In this document: positions 26,316 to 35,446 of the stretch, piece by piece
How positions within the stretch are numbered: the stretch's first letter is position 1
How the letters are laid out: the number at the start of each line of letters is the position of its first letter
Source of the DNA: Vicinamibacterales bacterium
GTDB lineage: Bacteria; Acidobacteriota; Vicinamibacteria; Vicinamibacterales; SCN-69-37
Assembly (NCBI GenBank): GCA_035550595.1
Contig: DASZOV010000124.1
Span: 11,135-75,134, forward strand
DNA: 64,000 bases
Direction: 5' to 3'
Translations under genes and position numbers: made by a program
The notes under the pieces: model-generated
The model's input: the letters and a program-made list of their open reading frames with translations, nothing else
What the model was told of the DNA's origin: nothing
Database searches by the model: none

Positions 26316-27434
26316 CTATCCGCCGCCGTCTGCGTGGCCGCCCGCCGCACCGTCTCCGGCCGCGCGGCCGCTCTCGAGACGCGCCTTGGTCTGTTCGAGC
26401 GACTTCTCGAGTCCGTTGCGGGCGCGGCGCTGGATGATCGGTCGCACGAGCGGGCTGAAGAAGCCGTCGAGCCGATCGATTCGCGCGCGGTTCGCATAGA
26501 GCCAATAGAACGCCGTCGGCGTCGCGTCCTGGACGAGCGCGTTGACCGCGAACTGCCCGTGCAGATAGTGACTCGCGTAGATCTGCGTCGTCGTGATGAT
26601 GACCACGCGCGCGTCCGCGGTCCGATGGACGCTGACGTGGTTCAAGCCCACGACCGGCTTGAAGCCGAACGCCTCCTTCGACCAGTAGTAGAAGTCCGTC
26701 GTGCCGGCCGGCGGCCCAGATGGAAAGTGCCGGATGTAGTCGGCGAAGACGGGCGTGCGGTCCAGCAGCGACGGACGCGCGTCGACGAGGGCCGCGATCG
26801 CCTCGGCCAGCGGCATCGGCGTGTCGTCGTCGGCATAGGGCGGCACGGCGGCCAGGCCGGCGTGGCGGTGCGCGCGCACGCGGTCGAGCAGGATCCGCTT
26901 GTACACCGCTGCCGCTCGATCGGCGGCGTCGGCCGCACGCCAGTCGACGTCGCGCGCGAAATGCTCGATTTCCGACGCGGCGAGTTGCACGTCGCACGAC
27001 CCGACGCGACAACGGCGCAGCGCGTCGAGGTCCTCGCGCTCGATCGTCAGGCCGTCGAGATCCTCGATCCGCGGCTCATCGCTGAAGCGCGCAATCTGCA
27101 GGACGAATTGGCTGCGGCGGAACCCCTGCAGCGTCTGGAACTGCTCGACGAACCCGGGCATCGACGCGCCATCGATCCGGATGCCGCCGACCGTCGCCAT
27201 CTCGCGCTTGGCGTCCGAGGGCAGCGTCTTGACGACCGCACGTCCGCGATCGAGATCGTTGAGGTCATCGTCGGAAAAGTGGAGCGCGCTCTGGACCAGC
27301 GCGTGGAGATCGGTATCGGGCGCCGCGGCGTTGACGACCGTGAACATCGCCGCACCCGACAGCGCGAGCGCCGCGCCGCCGATCACCGCGACGCGGATGC
27401 GGCTTTGTCTGGACGAACGGACCGATCGCGCCAC
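26316..27434 (-). CDS. Hypothetical exported protein
   Basis: 372 aa with an N-terminal TM/signal (VAVIGGAALALSGAAMF). No family recognised. Confidence 0.5.
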   Translation of the reverse strand: MARSVRSSRQSRIRVAVIGGAALALSGAAMFTVVNAAAPDTDLHALVQSALHFSDDDLNDLDRGRAVVKTLPSDAKREMATVGGIRIDGASMPGFVEQFQTLQGFRRSQFVLQIARFSDEPRIEDLDGLTIEREDLDALRRCRVGSCDVQLAASEIEHFARDVDWRAADAADRAAAVYKRILLDRVRAHRHAGLAAVPPYADDDTPMPLAEAIAALVDARPSLLDRTPVFADYIRHFPSGPPAGTTDFYYWSKEAFGFKPVVGLNHVSVHRTADARVVIITTTQIYASHYLHGQFAVNALVQDATPTAFYWLYANRARIDRLDGFFSPLVRPIIQRRARNGLEKSLEQTKARLESGRAAGDGAAGGHADGGG

Positions 27435-27455
27435 GACGCCTCCGTTGTCCTCACT

Positions 27456-29276
27456 CTATCGCCTTCGTCTGTCTCCCGCGTGACGCCGGGTATCGGCGTC
27501 AAGGGCGACCTCGACCCACTCGCGCACGCTGTTGACGAGCCACATCCGTGACACGGACGCGAGGTCGTCCACCGTCAGCACGCGCTCCGAGATGGCGCCG
27601 GCCGACAGCAGCTCGTCGCGAAACGTCCCAGCGAGCAGGCCGCTCGCCACAGGCGGCGTCCAGCGCTGCCCGTCGAGCTCGACGACGAGATTGCCGATCG
27701 TGAACTCAGTGAGCTCGCGATCGTCGTTCCAGAGCAGTACGTCGAACGCGTCACGATATGCCGCACGATGCCGCTCGTAGACGTCGCGATGCGAGGTCTT
27801 GTGGTACAGCCACGCGTCAGCTCGCGAGACGGGCGATCGCGCCAACGCGACGACGGCCACGCCGGCGATTGGCGGATCGAGCCGCCGGCTCTCGACGCAC
27901 ACCTCGCCCGACGGCGACAGCGCGACGCGAACACGACGGGCCTGGCCAACATGCATCGCCGCATGGGCGTCGAGCGCCGCGCGAACGCGCGCGGCATCGA
28001 ACGGCCGGTCGAAATAGGCGGCCGACGAGCCGAGCCGCGCGAGATGGCGATCGAGGCGCGCGTAGACGTCGCCTTCGAGCCGCAGCGTCTCGATGAGGTC
28101 GAAGTGCGGTCGCGGGACCAGGCCAGCGGCCTTGCTCCGCGCCTCCGCGTATTCACCCTCGGCCGTCGAGTCCCACGTAATCCCGCCGCCGATGCCGTAT
28201 TCGGCGCAGCCGCGCTCCACGTCGACGACCATCGTGCGGATGGCGACGTTGAAAACCGCATCGCCGCTCGGCGCCGCGTAGCCGATGGCGCCGCAGTAGA
28301 TCCCGCGTGGCGACGACTCGAGGTCCGCGATGAGCCGCATGCTGCTCGTCTTGGGCGCGCCGGTGATCGAGCCGGCGGGAAACAGCGCGGCGAAGATGTC
28401 GGTGAGCGACCTCCTCGCCTCGAGCCGGCCTTCGACGGTCGACACCATCTGGAACACGGAGGGATGGCGCTCGACGTCGAAGAGCGACGTGGCGCGAACC
28501 GAGCCGATCTCGGCCACACGGCTGACGTCGTTGCGCGCGAGGTCGACGATCATGACGTTCTCAGCGCGGTCCTTGGCCGAGGCCACGAGCTCAGCGGCAG
28601 CCGCACCGTCAGCCGCCGGCGTCAGACCGCGACGCGCGGTGCCCTTCATCGGCTGCGTCACGAGGCGATCGCCCGTGCGGCGAAAGAACAACTCGGGCGA
28701 GAACGACAGGACTCGACACGGCCCCAGATCGAGATCGGCCGCGTAGGGTGCGCGCTGATCGTGCGCGAGTCGGTAATAGCGCGTCGCGAGCGTGGCCGCG
28801 TCAACGGGCGCGCGCAGTCGAAACGTGTAGTTGGCCTGATAACTGTCGCCGCACGCGATCGCCTCTTTCACCGCCGCCACGGCCTCGGCATGTTCGGCAG
28901 GCGTGACGTCGGGCGTCCACGACAGATCCTCGTCGAGGCACCGCGAACGCGCATTCACGTGCGAGGTCTCGCCCCCGCCGCAGCCGCCCGCGTGTGCGGC
29001 CAGCGTGCCGGCCGGCCGCGGCGCACCGAAGATGCCGAACCACAGGAACGGCACGCGTGACGCCGAACGAGTCACGAGCGCGGCATCGAACCCCGGCGCG
29101 GCTTCGTAGGTGACGAAGCCGGCGGCATAGCAGCCAGCGTCGAGCGCCGCATCGACACGACGCATCGCCGGCAGAACGTCATCGACGTGACGCGCGACGA
29201 TGACGTCCAACGGATCGACGAACAGGATGGGATGGGGCCGCCCGGCGGCGTCCTGGAAATCGAAGCGGAGGTGCAC
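27456..29276 (-). CDS. pabB: Fused aminodeoxychorismate synthase component I (PabB) and class IV aminotransferase / ADC lyase (PabC)
   Basis: Chorismate-binding core (PELFF..., GSITGAPK, GIYCGAIGY) followed by a PabC-like C-terminal domain. 606 aa. Confidence 0.85.
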   Translation of the reverse strand: MHLRFDFQDAAGRPHPILFVDPLDVIVARHVDDVLPAMRRVDAALDAGCYAAGFVTYEAAPGFDAALVTRSASRVPFLWFGIFGAPRPAGTLAAHAGGCGGGETSHVNARSRCLDEDLSWTPDVTPAEHAEAVAAVKEAIACGDSYQANYTFRLRAPVDAATLATRYYRLAHDQRAPYAADLDLGPCRVLSFSPELFFRRTGDRLVTQPMKGTARRGLTPAADGAAAAELVASAKDRAENVMIVDLARNDVSRVAEIGSVRATSLFDVERHPSVFQMVSTVEGRLEARRSLTDIFAALFPAGSITGAPKTSSMRLIADLESSPRGIYCGAIGYAAPSGDAVFNVAIRTMVVDVERGCAEYGIGGGITWDSTAEGEYAEARSKAAGLVPRPHFDLIETLRLEGDVYARLDRHLARLGSSAAYFDRPFDAARVRAALDAHAAMHVGQARRVRVALSPSGEVCVESRRLDPPIAGVAVVALARSPVSRADAWLYHKTSHRDVYERHRAAYRDAFDVLLWNDDRELTEFTIGNLVVELDGQRWTPPVASGLLAGTFRDELLSAGAISERVLTVDDLASVSRMWLVNSVREWVEVALDADTRRHAGDRRRR

Positions 29277-29304
29277 GCGCAGGGAGATTATAGAGGCGTC
29301 GCGG

Positions 29305-29334
29305 TTGACACGGCGTCAGGGCCACGGCCATAGT
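29305..29334 (+). promoter_or_regulatory. Sigma-70-like promoter TTGACA-N18-CATAGT
   Basis: Hexamers read directly. They lie just upstream of riboswitch stem P1. Confidence 0.5.
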
Positions 29335-29338
29335 GATG

Positions 29339-29515
29339 GCGCGCTGGTTTCCGGCACGGCCGGAATGAAAAGGGAACCCGGTGAAACTCCGGGGCTGCCC
29401 CGCAGCGGTCAACGAGAACGAACGCCGCACGTGCACTGGTCGTCACGACCGGGAAGCGCGGCCAGTAGGCGCCGGATCGATCGGCACGCTCGTGAGCCCG
29501 AAGACCTGCCCGCGC
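29339..29515 (+). promoter_or_regulatory. Cobalamin riboswitch aptamer (metE leader)
   Basis: aagggaacccggtgaaactccgg, ccgcagcggt, B12 box gcactgg...gggaagcg, 3-prime gcccgaagacctgcc. P1 is ggcgcg/cgcgcc. Confidence 0.88.
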
Positions 29516-29572
29516 CCGGTGTCGATCGACGCCGGTTTCGACCTGGAACGCCTCGTGGGAGGGCGGCTCCAC

Positions 29573-29607
29573 GACGCGACCCGTCGCGTCCGGATGCTTT
29601 CCTTTTT
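29573..29607 (+). terminator. Terminator-like hairpin plus T-rich tract, candidate expression platform of the metE riboswitch
   Basis: gacgcgac-cc-gtcgcgtc (8-bp stem) followed 7 nt later by tttccttttt. Confidence 0.5.
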
Positions 29608-29739
29608 CACGAGGCCATACACGCCCGCGGGGGCGAGGTCGACTGACCGTGCGCGGCGTCGTACGCTGGATCCTCATGTCCGGCGTCGGTCGACCGAGCC
29701 GGCAGGCGCGCGCCTCCGCTCGTGAAGGAGCATCCGTTC

Positions 29740-32058
29740 GTGCCTGTCCCGTCGACCTGTCTCGGCTTTCCCCGTATCGGACGCCATCGCGAGCTGAAAC
29801 GCGCGCTCGAAGCCTACTGGGCCGGCCGCGCGACCGCCGATCACCTACTCGACACGGCCGCGCACATCAGACGCGAACACTGGACCGCGATGCACGAGGC
29901 AGGTCTTCGCGAGGTGCCAGTCGGCGACTTCGCGCTCTACGACCACGTGCTGGACGCGGCGGTGCTCGTCGGCGCCATTCCGAGACGCTACACGGCCGTC
30001 GACGATCCACTCGCGCGCTATTTCGCCATGGCGCGCGGACTGCAGCGCCCGGATCTCGGCGTCGATCTCGCGGCGCTCGAGATGACGAAGTGGTTCGACA
30101 CGAACTACCACTACATCGTCCCCGAGATCGCGGCCGGCCAGACGTTCAGGCTCGATGCCGCATCGCTCTTCCAGCAGCTTGATGAAGCGCGCGCACTTGG
30201 CCTCGACGCTCGGCCGGTGCTCCTTGGGCCCGTGACGTTCCTGCTCTTGTCCAAGTCCGCGGAGAGCCACGCTCACGACGTCACGCCGCTCGATGCGCTG
30301 CCGGCGCTCCTGCCGATCTACGAGGCGTTGCTCAGTGAACTGGCGTCACGTGGCGTCACGTCCGTGCAGCTCGACGAGCCGTGTCTCGTGCTCGATCTCG
30401 ACGATCGCTCGCGCGCGGCCTGTCGCACGGCGTTCACCGCGCTCACGAACGTGCCTGGACGCCCGCGGCTGCAACTCACGACGTACTTCGGCGCGATCGA
30501 CGACAACCTCGAGCTCGCCCTCGCGTCGGGCTGCGACACGCTGCACGTCGATCTGACGCGCGGAGCCGCCGACCTCGAGACCGTCTTTGCGCGTCTGCCG
30601 CGCACGATGTCGTTGTCGATGGGCGTCGTCGATGGACGCAACATCTGGCGCACCGACCTCGACGCCGCGCACGCGCTCGTCCACCGCGCGGTCGAGACGC
30701 TCGGCGCCAATCGCGTCGCCGTCTCGTCCTCGTGCTCGCTCCTGCACGCGCCAATCGACCTCGTGTCCGAATCGCACCTCGACGCGGAACTGACGAGCTG
30801 GTTGGCGTTTGCCGTGCAGAAGCTGTCGGAGATCGCCGCTGTCGCCGACACGGCCGACGCTCCTGTCCCACCTGACACACCAGCCTTCACTGCCGCACGT
30901 GCGGCCCTCGCCAGCCGTCGCGCCTCGCCACGAACGAAACGGCCGGAGGTCCGAGCGCGAGCTGCTGCCGTCGATGCGTCGATGGAGCGCCGCAGCGAGC
31001 CCTTCCCCGCTCGCGCGGCGAAACAGGCTGCGCGTCTGCACCTCCCGCTGCTGCCGACGACGACCATCGGGTCGTTTCCGCAGACACGCGAGGTCCGCGA
31101 TGCGCGGGCGGCCTGGCGGGACGGACGCATGAGCGGTCCTGACTACACGCGCTTCCTTCGGGACGCCATTCGCGCATGTGTCGAGCGGCAGGAGGCCATT
31201 GGCCTCGACGTGCTCGTCCACGGCGAGTTCGAGCGGACCGACATGGTCGAGTACTTCGGCGCCGAGCTCGACGGCTTCGCCTTCACCGAGAACGGTTGGG
31301 TCCAAAGCTACGGCTCGCGCTCCGTCAAGCCGCCCGTGCTCTACGGCGACGTCATTCGCCGGCGGCCGATGACCGTCGACTGGTCGCGCTTCGCCCAGTC
31401 GCTCACCACGCGGCCGATGAAGGGCATGCTGACGGGCCCGGTCACGATTCTCCAATGGTCGTTCGTGCGCGACGACCAGTCGCGCGCCGAGACCTGCCGT
31501 CAGATCGCGCTCGCGCTTCGCGACGAAGTCGCCGATCTCGAAACCGCCGGCCTGGCCATCGTGCAGGTCGACGAGCCAGCCATTCGCGAGGGACTCCCGC
31601 TCCGCCGGCACGATCGGCCGGCGTATCTCGACTGGGCGGTCGCCGCCTTCCGGCTCGCGACGAGCGGTGCGGCATCCGACACGCAGATTCACACGCACAT
31701 GTGCTACTCGGAGTTCGGCGACATGCTACCGGCCATCGCGGCCATGGACGCCGACGTCCTGTCGATCGAAAGCTCGCGGTCGCGCATGGAGCTCGTCGAG
31801 GACTTCGCCACGTTCAGCTATCCCAACGCGATCGGTCCAGGCGTGTACGACATCCACTCGCCGCGCGTGCCGACCGTCGACGAGATTAGTGCGCTCCTCG
31901 AGCGTGCCGCCGCGGTCATTCCCATCGAGCGGCTCTGGGTGAATCCGGACTGCGGCCTGAAGACACGCGGCTGGACGGAGGTCGAGGCAGCGCTCGCCAA
32001 CATGGTCGCCGCCGCCCGGCGCAAGCGCGAAACGCTGGCACTCACTCCGCGCGCATGA
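29740..32058 (+). CDS. metE: Cobalamin-independent methionine synthase
   Basis: [20 protein letters not shown], two homologous halves, C-terminal HMCYSEF Zn site. Start moved to GTG 29740, 9 nt after AAGGAG; the ORF-track start is 29722. Confidence 0.93.
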   Translation: MPVPSTCLGFPRIGRHRELKRALEAYWAGRATADHLLDTAAHIRREHWTAMHEAGLREVPVGDFALYDHVLDAAVLVGAIPRRYTAVDDPLARYFAMARGLQRPDLGVDLAALEMTKWFDTNYHYIVPEIAAGQTFRLDAASLFQQLDEARALGLDARPVLLGPVTFLLLSKSAESHAHDVTPLDALPALLPIYEALLSELASRGVTSVQLDEPCLVLDLDDRSRAACRTAFTALTNVPGRPRLQLTTYFGAIDDNLELALASGCDTLHVDLTRGAADLETVFARLPRTMSLSMGVVDGRNIWRTDLDAAHALVHRAVETLGANRVAVSSSCSLLHAPIDLVSESHLDAELTSWLAFAVQKLSEIAAVADTADAPVPPDTPAFTAARAALASRRASPRTKRPEVRARAAAVDASMERRSEPFPARAAKQAARLHLPLLPTTTIGSFPQTREVRDARAAWRDGRMSGPDYTRFLRDAIRACVERQEAIGLDVLVHGEFERTDMVEYFGAELDGFAFTENGWVQSYGSRSVKPPVLYGDVIRRRPMTVDWSRFAQSLTTRPMKGMLTGPVTILQWSFVRDDQSRAETCRQIALALRDEVADLETAGLAIVQVDEPAIREGLPLRRHDRPAYLDWAVAAFRLATSGAASDTQIHTHMCYSEFGDMLPAIAAMDADVLSIESSRSRMELVEDFATFSYPNAIGPGVYDIHSPRVPTVDEISALLERAAAVIPIERLWVNPDCGLKTRGWTEVEAALANMVAAARRKRETLALTPRA

Positions 32059-34783
32059 CGACCATCGCGTCGACCTCTGTCGCACGCCGCGCCGGCCACC
32101 AGGCGGCAACGAGCGCGGCGACCGCGACAACTCCTCCGACGACGATGTAGGTCAGGGGATCGCCGGGCCGTACCTCGTACAACCATGCGGTCAGTGTGCG
32201 TGAGGCGCCGAGCGAGATCGCGAGGCCCACGACGAGGCCGACCATCGTCAATCCGAACGCACGGCGCACGATCATCGCGCGCACGGCCGCGGGGCTGGCG
32301 CCGAGCGCCAGCCGAATGCCGATCTCGCGCCGCTCCTGCGCGACCGCGTAGGAGAGCGCGCCGTACAGACCCAGCAGCGCGACGAGAAACGCCGTCGCGG
32401 CGAACGCGACACAGATGGTCAGCATGAAGCGTCGCCAGGCCAGCCACTGCCCCGTGACGTCGTCCATTGTCGAGAACTCGGTCGGCAGTTCGGGATCGAT
32501 CGCGCGCACGATCGCGCGCGCCGGCGCGGCCAGCATCGCGGTCGTGCCGGTCGTGTGCATCACGATCGACAGCGTGCGATCCGGACGCTGGCGATAACAC
32601 GTGTAGACGATCGCCCGCGGCGGCGTGTCGAGTCCCTCGTCGCGGACGTCGCCGACGATGCCGACGATCGTCAGCGGCCGAAGATCGCCGTCCATGTTGC
32701 CGAAGTCGATGCGCTGGCCAATCGGATCCTGTCCGGGCCAGCGCGAGCGCGCCAGCGACTCGCTGATGAGCGCGACGTGTGGCGCGGCCAACGTGTCACG
32801 TTCGTCGAACAGCCGGCCGCGCACGAGCGGAATGCCCATCGCGCGAAAGTAACCCTCGCTCGCCACGCGGTAGCCGGCATACCCGCCCGGCTGATTCGGG
32901 TCGCTCCAGATGTGCCAGAGCGATGACAGATCGCGACGTGCGATGGCGGCGCCAAACGCCGACACGTCCGACGTGCCCGTGAACACGAGAAAGCCGCCGC
33001 TGGCCGTATTGCCCGTGAGAGGCATCGCGTCGACGACACCGACCGCGTCGGCGCCCGGCATCGATCGCAGCCTGGCGGCGATCTCGTCGACCTGCTGCAC
33101 ACGCCGGGCTTTCGCGCCGTCGTCGGCTTCCGGCGGAAAGAAGCCGTGGTCCTCGACCGGCGGCTGGTACAACCGGATCGCCGCGACGCCGTCAGATCGA
33201 AAGCCCGGGTCGGTGTCGACGAGTCGCATCAGGCTGCGGGTCAACAGTCCCGCTCCAACGAGCAACGCGACGCTTGCCGCGAGCTGACCGACGACGAGCA
33301 CACCCCGCAGACGATGCGACGTCACGGCGCGCGTGGCGCCGGGCTCCTGACGCAGTGCGGCGGTCCCAACGGCCGAGGTTGCACGCCAGGCAGCCAGACC
33401 ACCGACCACCAGTCCGACAACGGCAGCAGCGGCAAGAACTGCGAGGACGACGGGCCAGGCGACGTCGAGCTCGCCGGCCCGCGGCAGCATACGTGGCGCG
33501 GTGACGCGAAGCACGTTCGTACTCCACACGGCCACAGCCACCGCCAACACGCCGGCGGCCAACGCCATGAGCAGCGTCTCGACGCCGATGTGCCGCACGA
33601 TGCGCCAGCGGCCGGCGCCAAGCGCCAGCCGCAGCGCCACTTCACGGCCGCGCGCGGCGGCCCGCGCGAGGAGCAGATTGAGGACGTTCGCGCAGACGAT
33701 GAGCAGCAGGAACGACGCAGCACCGAGGAGCATCCAGAGCGCCGGACGCACGTCGCCGACGAGATGGTCCTGCAGACGCGTCACGTCGGCGTCTCGCATG
33801 CTGGTGTCCGAGCCGTACTGGACGGCGAGGCGTCGAGCGATCGACGACAGATCGTCGCGGGCGCGTTCCAGAGAGACGCCGGGAGCCAGCCGGCCGAGTG
33901 CGTAGGAATTCCGTCCTGTTCGGCCCGAGGGATGTTCGCGCCACTGCTCAGTCGACGCCCAGATGTCCGTGCCCGCGGGAAACGCGAACCCCGTCGGCAT
34001 GACACCGACGACCGTACACAAGACGTCACCAACCCGCAGGGCCGCGCCGGCGAGATCGGCCCGGTCGCCGAAGTGCTCTCGCCAGAAGGCGGCGCTCACG
34101 ACGGCCACCGGCGGCGCGCCGAAATGCGACTCGGCGGGAAGAAACGCGCGGCCGCGCGACGGCTGCACGCCGATGACGTCGAAGAATGGCTGAGAAACGG
34201 AGGCGACGCTCGCGAGCAGCGCCTCGCCGCCCACCATGATCGACACGCGGTCGCCATTCTGATACTGGGCGAACACCGACAGACTGTGATTCTGCGCGCC
34301 GAGATCCTCGAAATTCGGATCCGACACCATGACGCGCGCACCCTTCGCCGTCAGTTCGGAGACCTGCACGATGCGGCTCGCGTCTGGATATGGCAGCGGC
34401 CGCAGCAGGACGTCATAGACGACGGTGAAGAGGACGGCACCGGCGCCGAGCCCCATGGCCAGCGTCAGCACGACGACGGCGGCGAACCCCGGCGTCCGGC
34501 GGAGCCCACGCCAGCCGATCCGCACGTCGCGTGCGACGTCGTCGACAAGCGGCAGCCCGCGGCGTTCGCGCACGGCCTCGATGGACGGCACGAGCGCACC
34601 GACGCGACCGACGGCCGCGCGTCTCGCGGCCTCCGGACTGTAGCCGTGCCGCTGCAGCCGTTCGGCTTCGAGATCGAGGTGCAGCCGCAGCTCGTCCTCG
34701 AGATCACGATCGGCCCGCGCCGGCCGCAGCGTGTTCCACAACCGCGCGAGCCACGCCCGAACGGCACCGGAACTCGACCGCAT
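32042..34783 (-). CDS. ADOP-family duplicated FtsX/MacB-like permease
   Basis: 913 aa. N-terminal [21 protein letters not shown] and two MacB-PCD/FtsX halves. No adjacent ATPase. Confidence 0.85.
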   Translation of the reverse strand: MRSSSGAVRAWLARLWNTLRPARADRDLEDELRLHLDLEAERLQRHGYSPEAARRAAVGRVGALVPSIEAVRERRGLPLVDDVARDVRIGWRGLRRTPGFAAVVVLTLAMGLGAGAVLFTVVYDVLLRPLPYPDASRIVQVSELTAKGARVMVSDPNFEDLGAQNHSLSVFAQYQNGDRVSIMVGGEALLASVASVSQPFFDVIGVQPSRGRAFLPAESHFGAPPVAVVSAAFWREHFGDRADLAGAALRVGDVLCTVVGVMPTGFAFPAGTDIWASTEQWREHPSGRTGRNSYALGRLAPGVSLERARDDLSSIARRLAVQYGSDTSMRDADVTRLQDHLVGDVRPALWMLLGAASFLLLIVCANVLNLLLARAAARGREVALRLALGAGRWRIVRHIGVETLLMALAAGVLAVAVAVWSTNVLRVTAPRMLPRAGELDVAWPVVLAVLAAAAVVGLVVGGLAAWRATSAVGTAALRQEPGATRAVTSHRLRGVLVVGQLAASVALLVGAGLLTRSLMRLVDTDPGFRSDGVAAIRLYQPPVEDHGFFPPEADDGAKARRVQQVDEIAARLRSMPGADAVGVVDAMPLTGNTASGGFLVFTGTSDVSAFGAAIARRDLSSLWHIWSDPNQPGGYAGYRVASEGYFRAMGIPLVRGRLFDERDTLAAPHVALISESLARSRWPGQDPIGQRIDFGNMDGDLRPLTIVGIVGDVRDEGLDTPPRAIVYTCYRQRPDRTLSIVMHTTGTTAMLAAPARAIVRAIDPELPTEFSTMDDVTGQWLAWRRFMLTICVAFAATAFLVALLGLYGALSYAVAQERREIGIRLALGASPAAVRAMIVRRAFGLTMVGLVVGLAISLGASRTLTAWLYEVRPGDPLTYIVVGGVVAVAALVAAWWPARRATEVDAMVVMRAE

Positions 34784-34861
34784 GCGCTCCTCCTATCCGA
34801 CGTTCGAATGGAGCGTAGCCGAGGCTTTATTGTGTTGTCAAATAGAGACGGGGCGTCGCTG

Positions 34862-35080
34862 GCCCTGTCATCTTCTTTGCAGCGGCGCGGGGGGCCGCTG
34901 TCGCTCTCTTCGGTGCAGCGAGGTCTGCGCGGCGTGACAGTCGTCTTCTTTGCAGTGGCGCGGGGCCCCACCCCCGCGCTACGCGCTTCGGCGCCTCACT
35001 ACGTTCGGGCCTTGCGGTGTCATCTTTTTTCATTTGGTTTGCATTGTCCCCCTTCGCGATCTTCGCAACTTCGCGTGAGG
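34862..35080 (+). repeat. Composite intergenic repeat, copy B
   Basis: GTCATCTTC-type boxes at 34867, 34940 and 35019. Hairpin 34958-34979. gcgcttcggcgc follows. Module ccttcgcgatcttcgcaacttcgcgtgagg at 35051-35080. Confidence 0.85.
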
Positions 35081-35112
35081 CTTCCAGCCTGTCCTTTTTT
35101 TCTCGTTCTGCC

Positions 35113-35141
35113 TTGACATCCCCTCCCCCCAGCCCCAATAT
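35113..35141 (+). promoter_or_regulatory. Sigma-70-like promoter TTGACA-N17-CAATAT
   Basis: Hexamers read directly, about 8 nt upstream of riboswitch P1. Confidence 0.5.
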
Positions 35142-35148
35142 CTAGGCC

Positions 35149-35336
35149 ATCATGGTCGTCCGACCCCACGATGTCGGGCGTGAAGAGGGAATCCGGTGCG
35201 CCGCTCGGGCGGCAAAGCCGGAGCTGACTCCGCAACTGTAAGCGGTGAGCCGTTCGTCGATGTTCTGCCACTGGCCTCGTGCCGGGAAGGCTGGACGAGA
35301 CGGTGACGACCCGCGAGCCAGGAGACCTGCCGTGAT
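35149..35336 (+). promoter_or_regulatory. Cobalamin riboswitch aptamer (nrdAB leader)
   Basis: gaagagggaatccggtg, ccgcaactgtaagcgg, B12 box gccactgg...gggaaggc, 3-prime gccaggagacctgcc. P1 is atcatgg/ccgtgat. Confidence 0.88.
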
Positions 35337-35446
35337 CGAAAGCACGTCCTCGGGCGGGGTGCCCCGAGCGGCGCGATGGCCGTGCCGGCCCTGGCACGGC
35401 GTCGCGTAGTCGTCTCGCGCACCGTCCGCCCCATCGGAGGTTCGCG

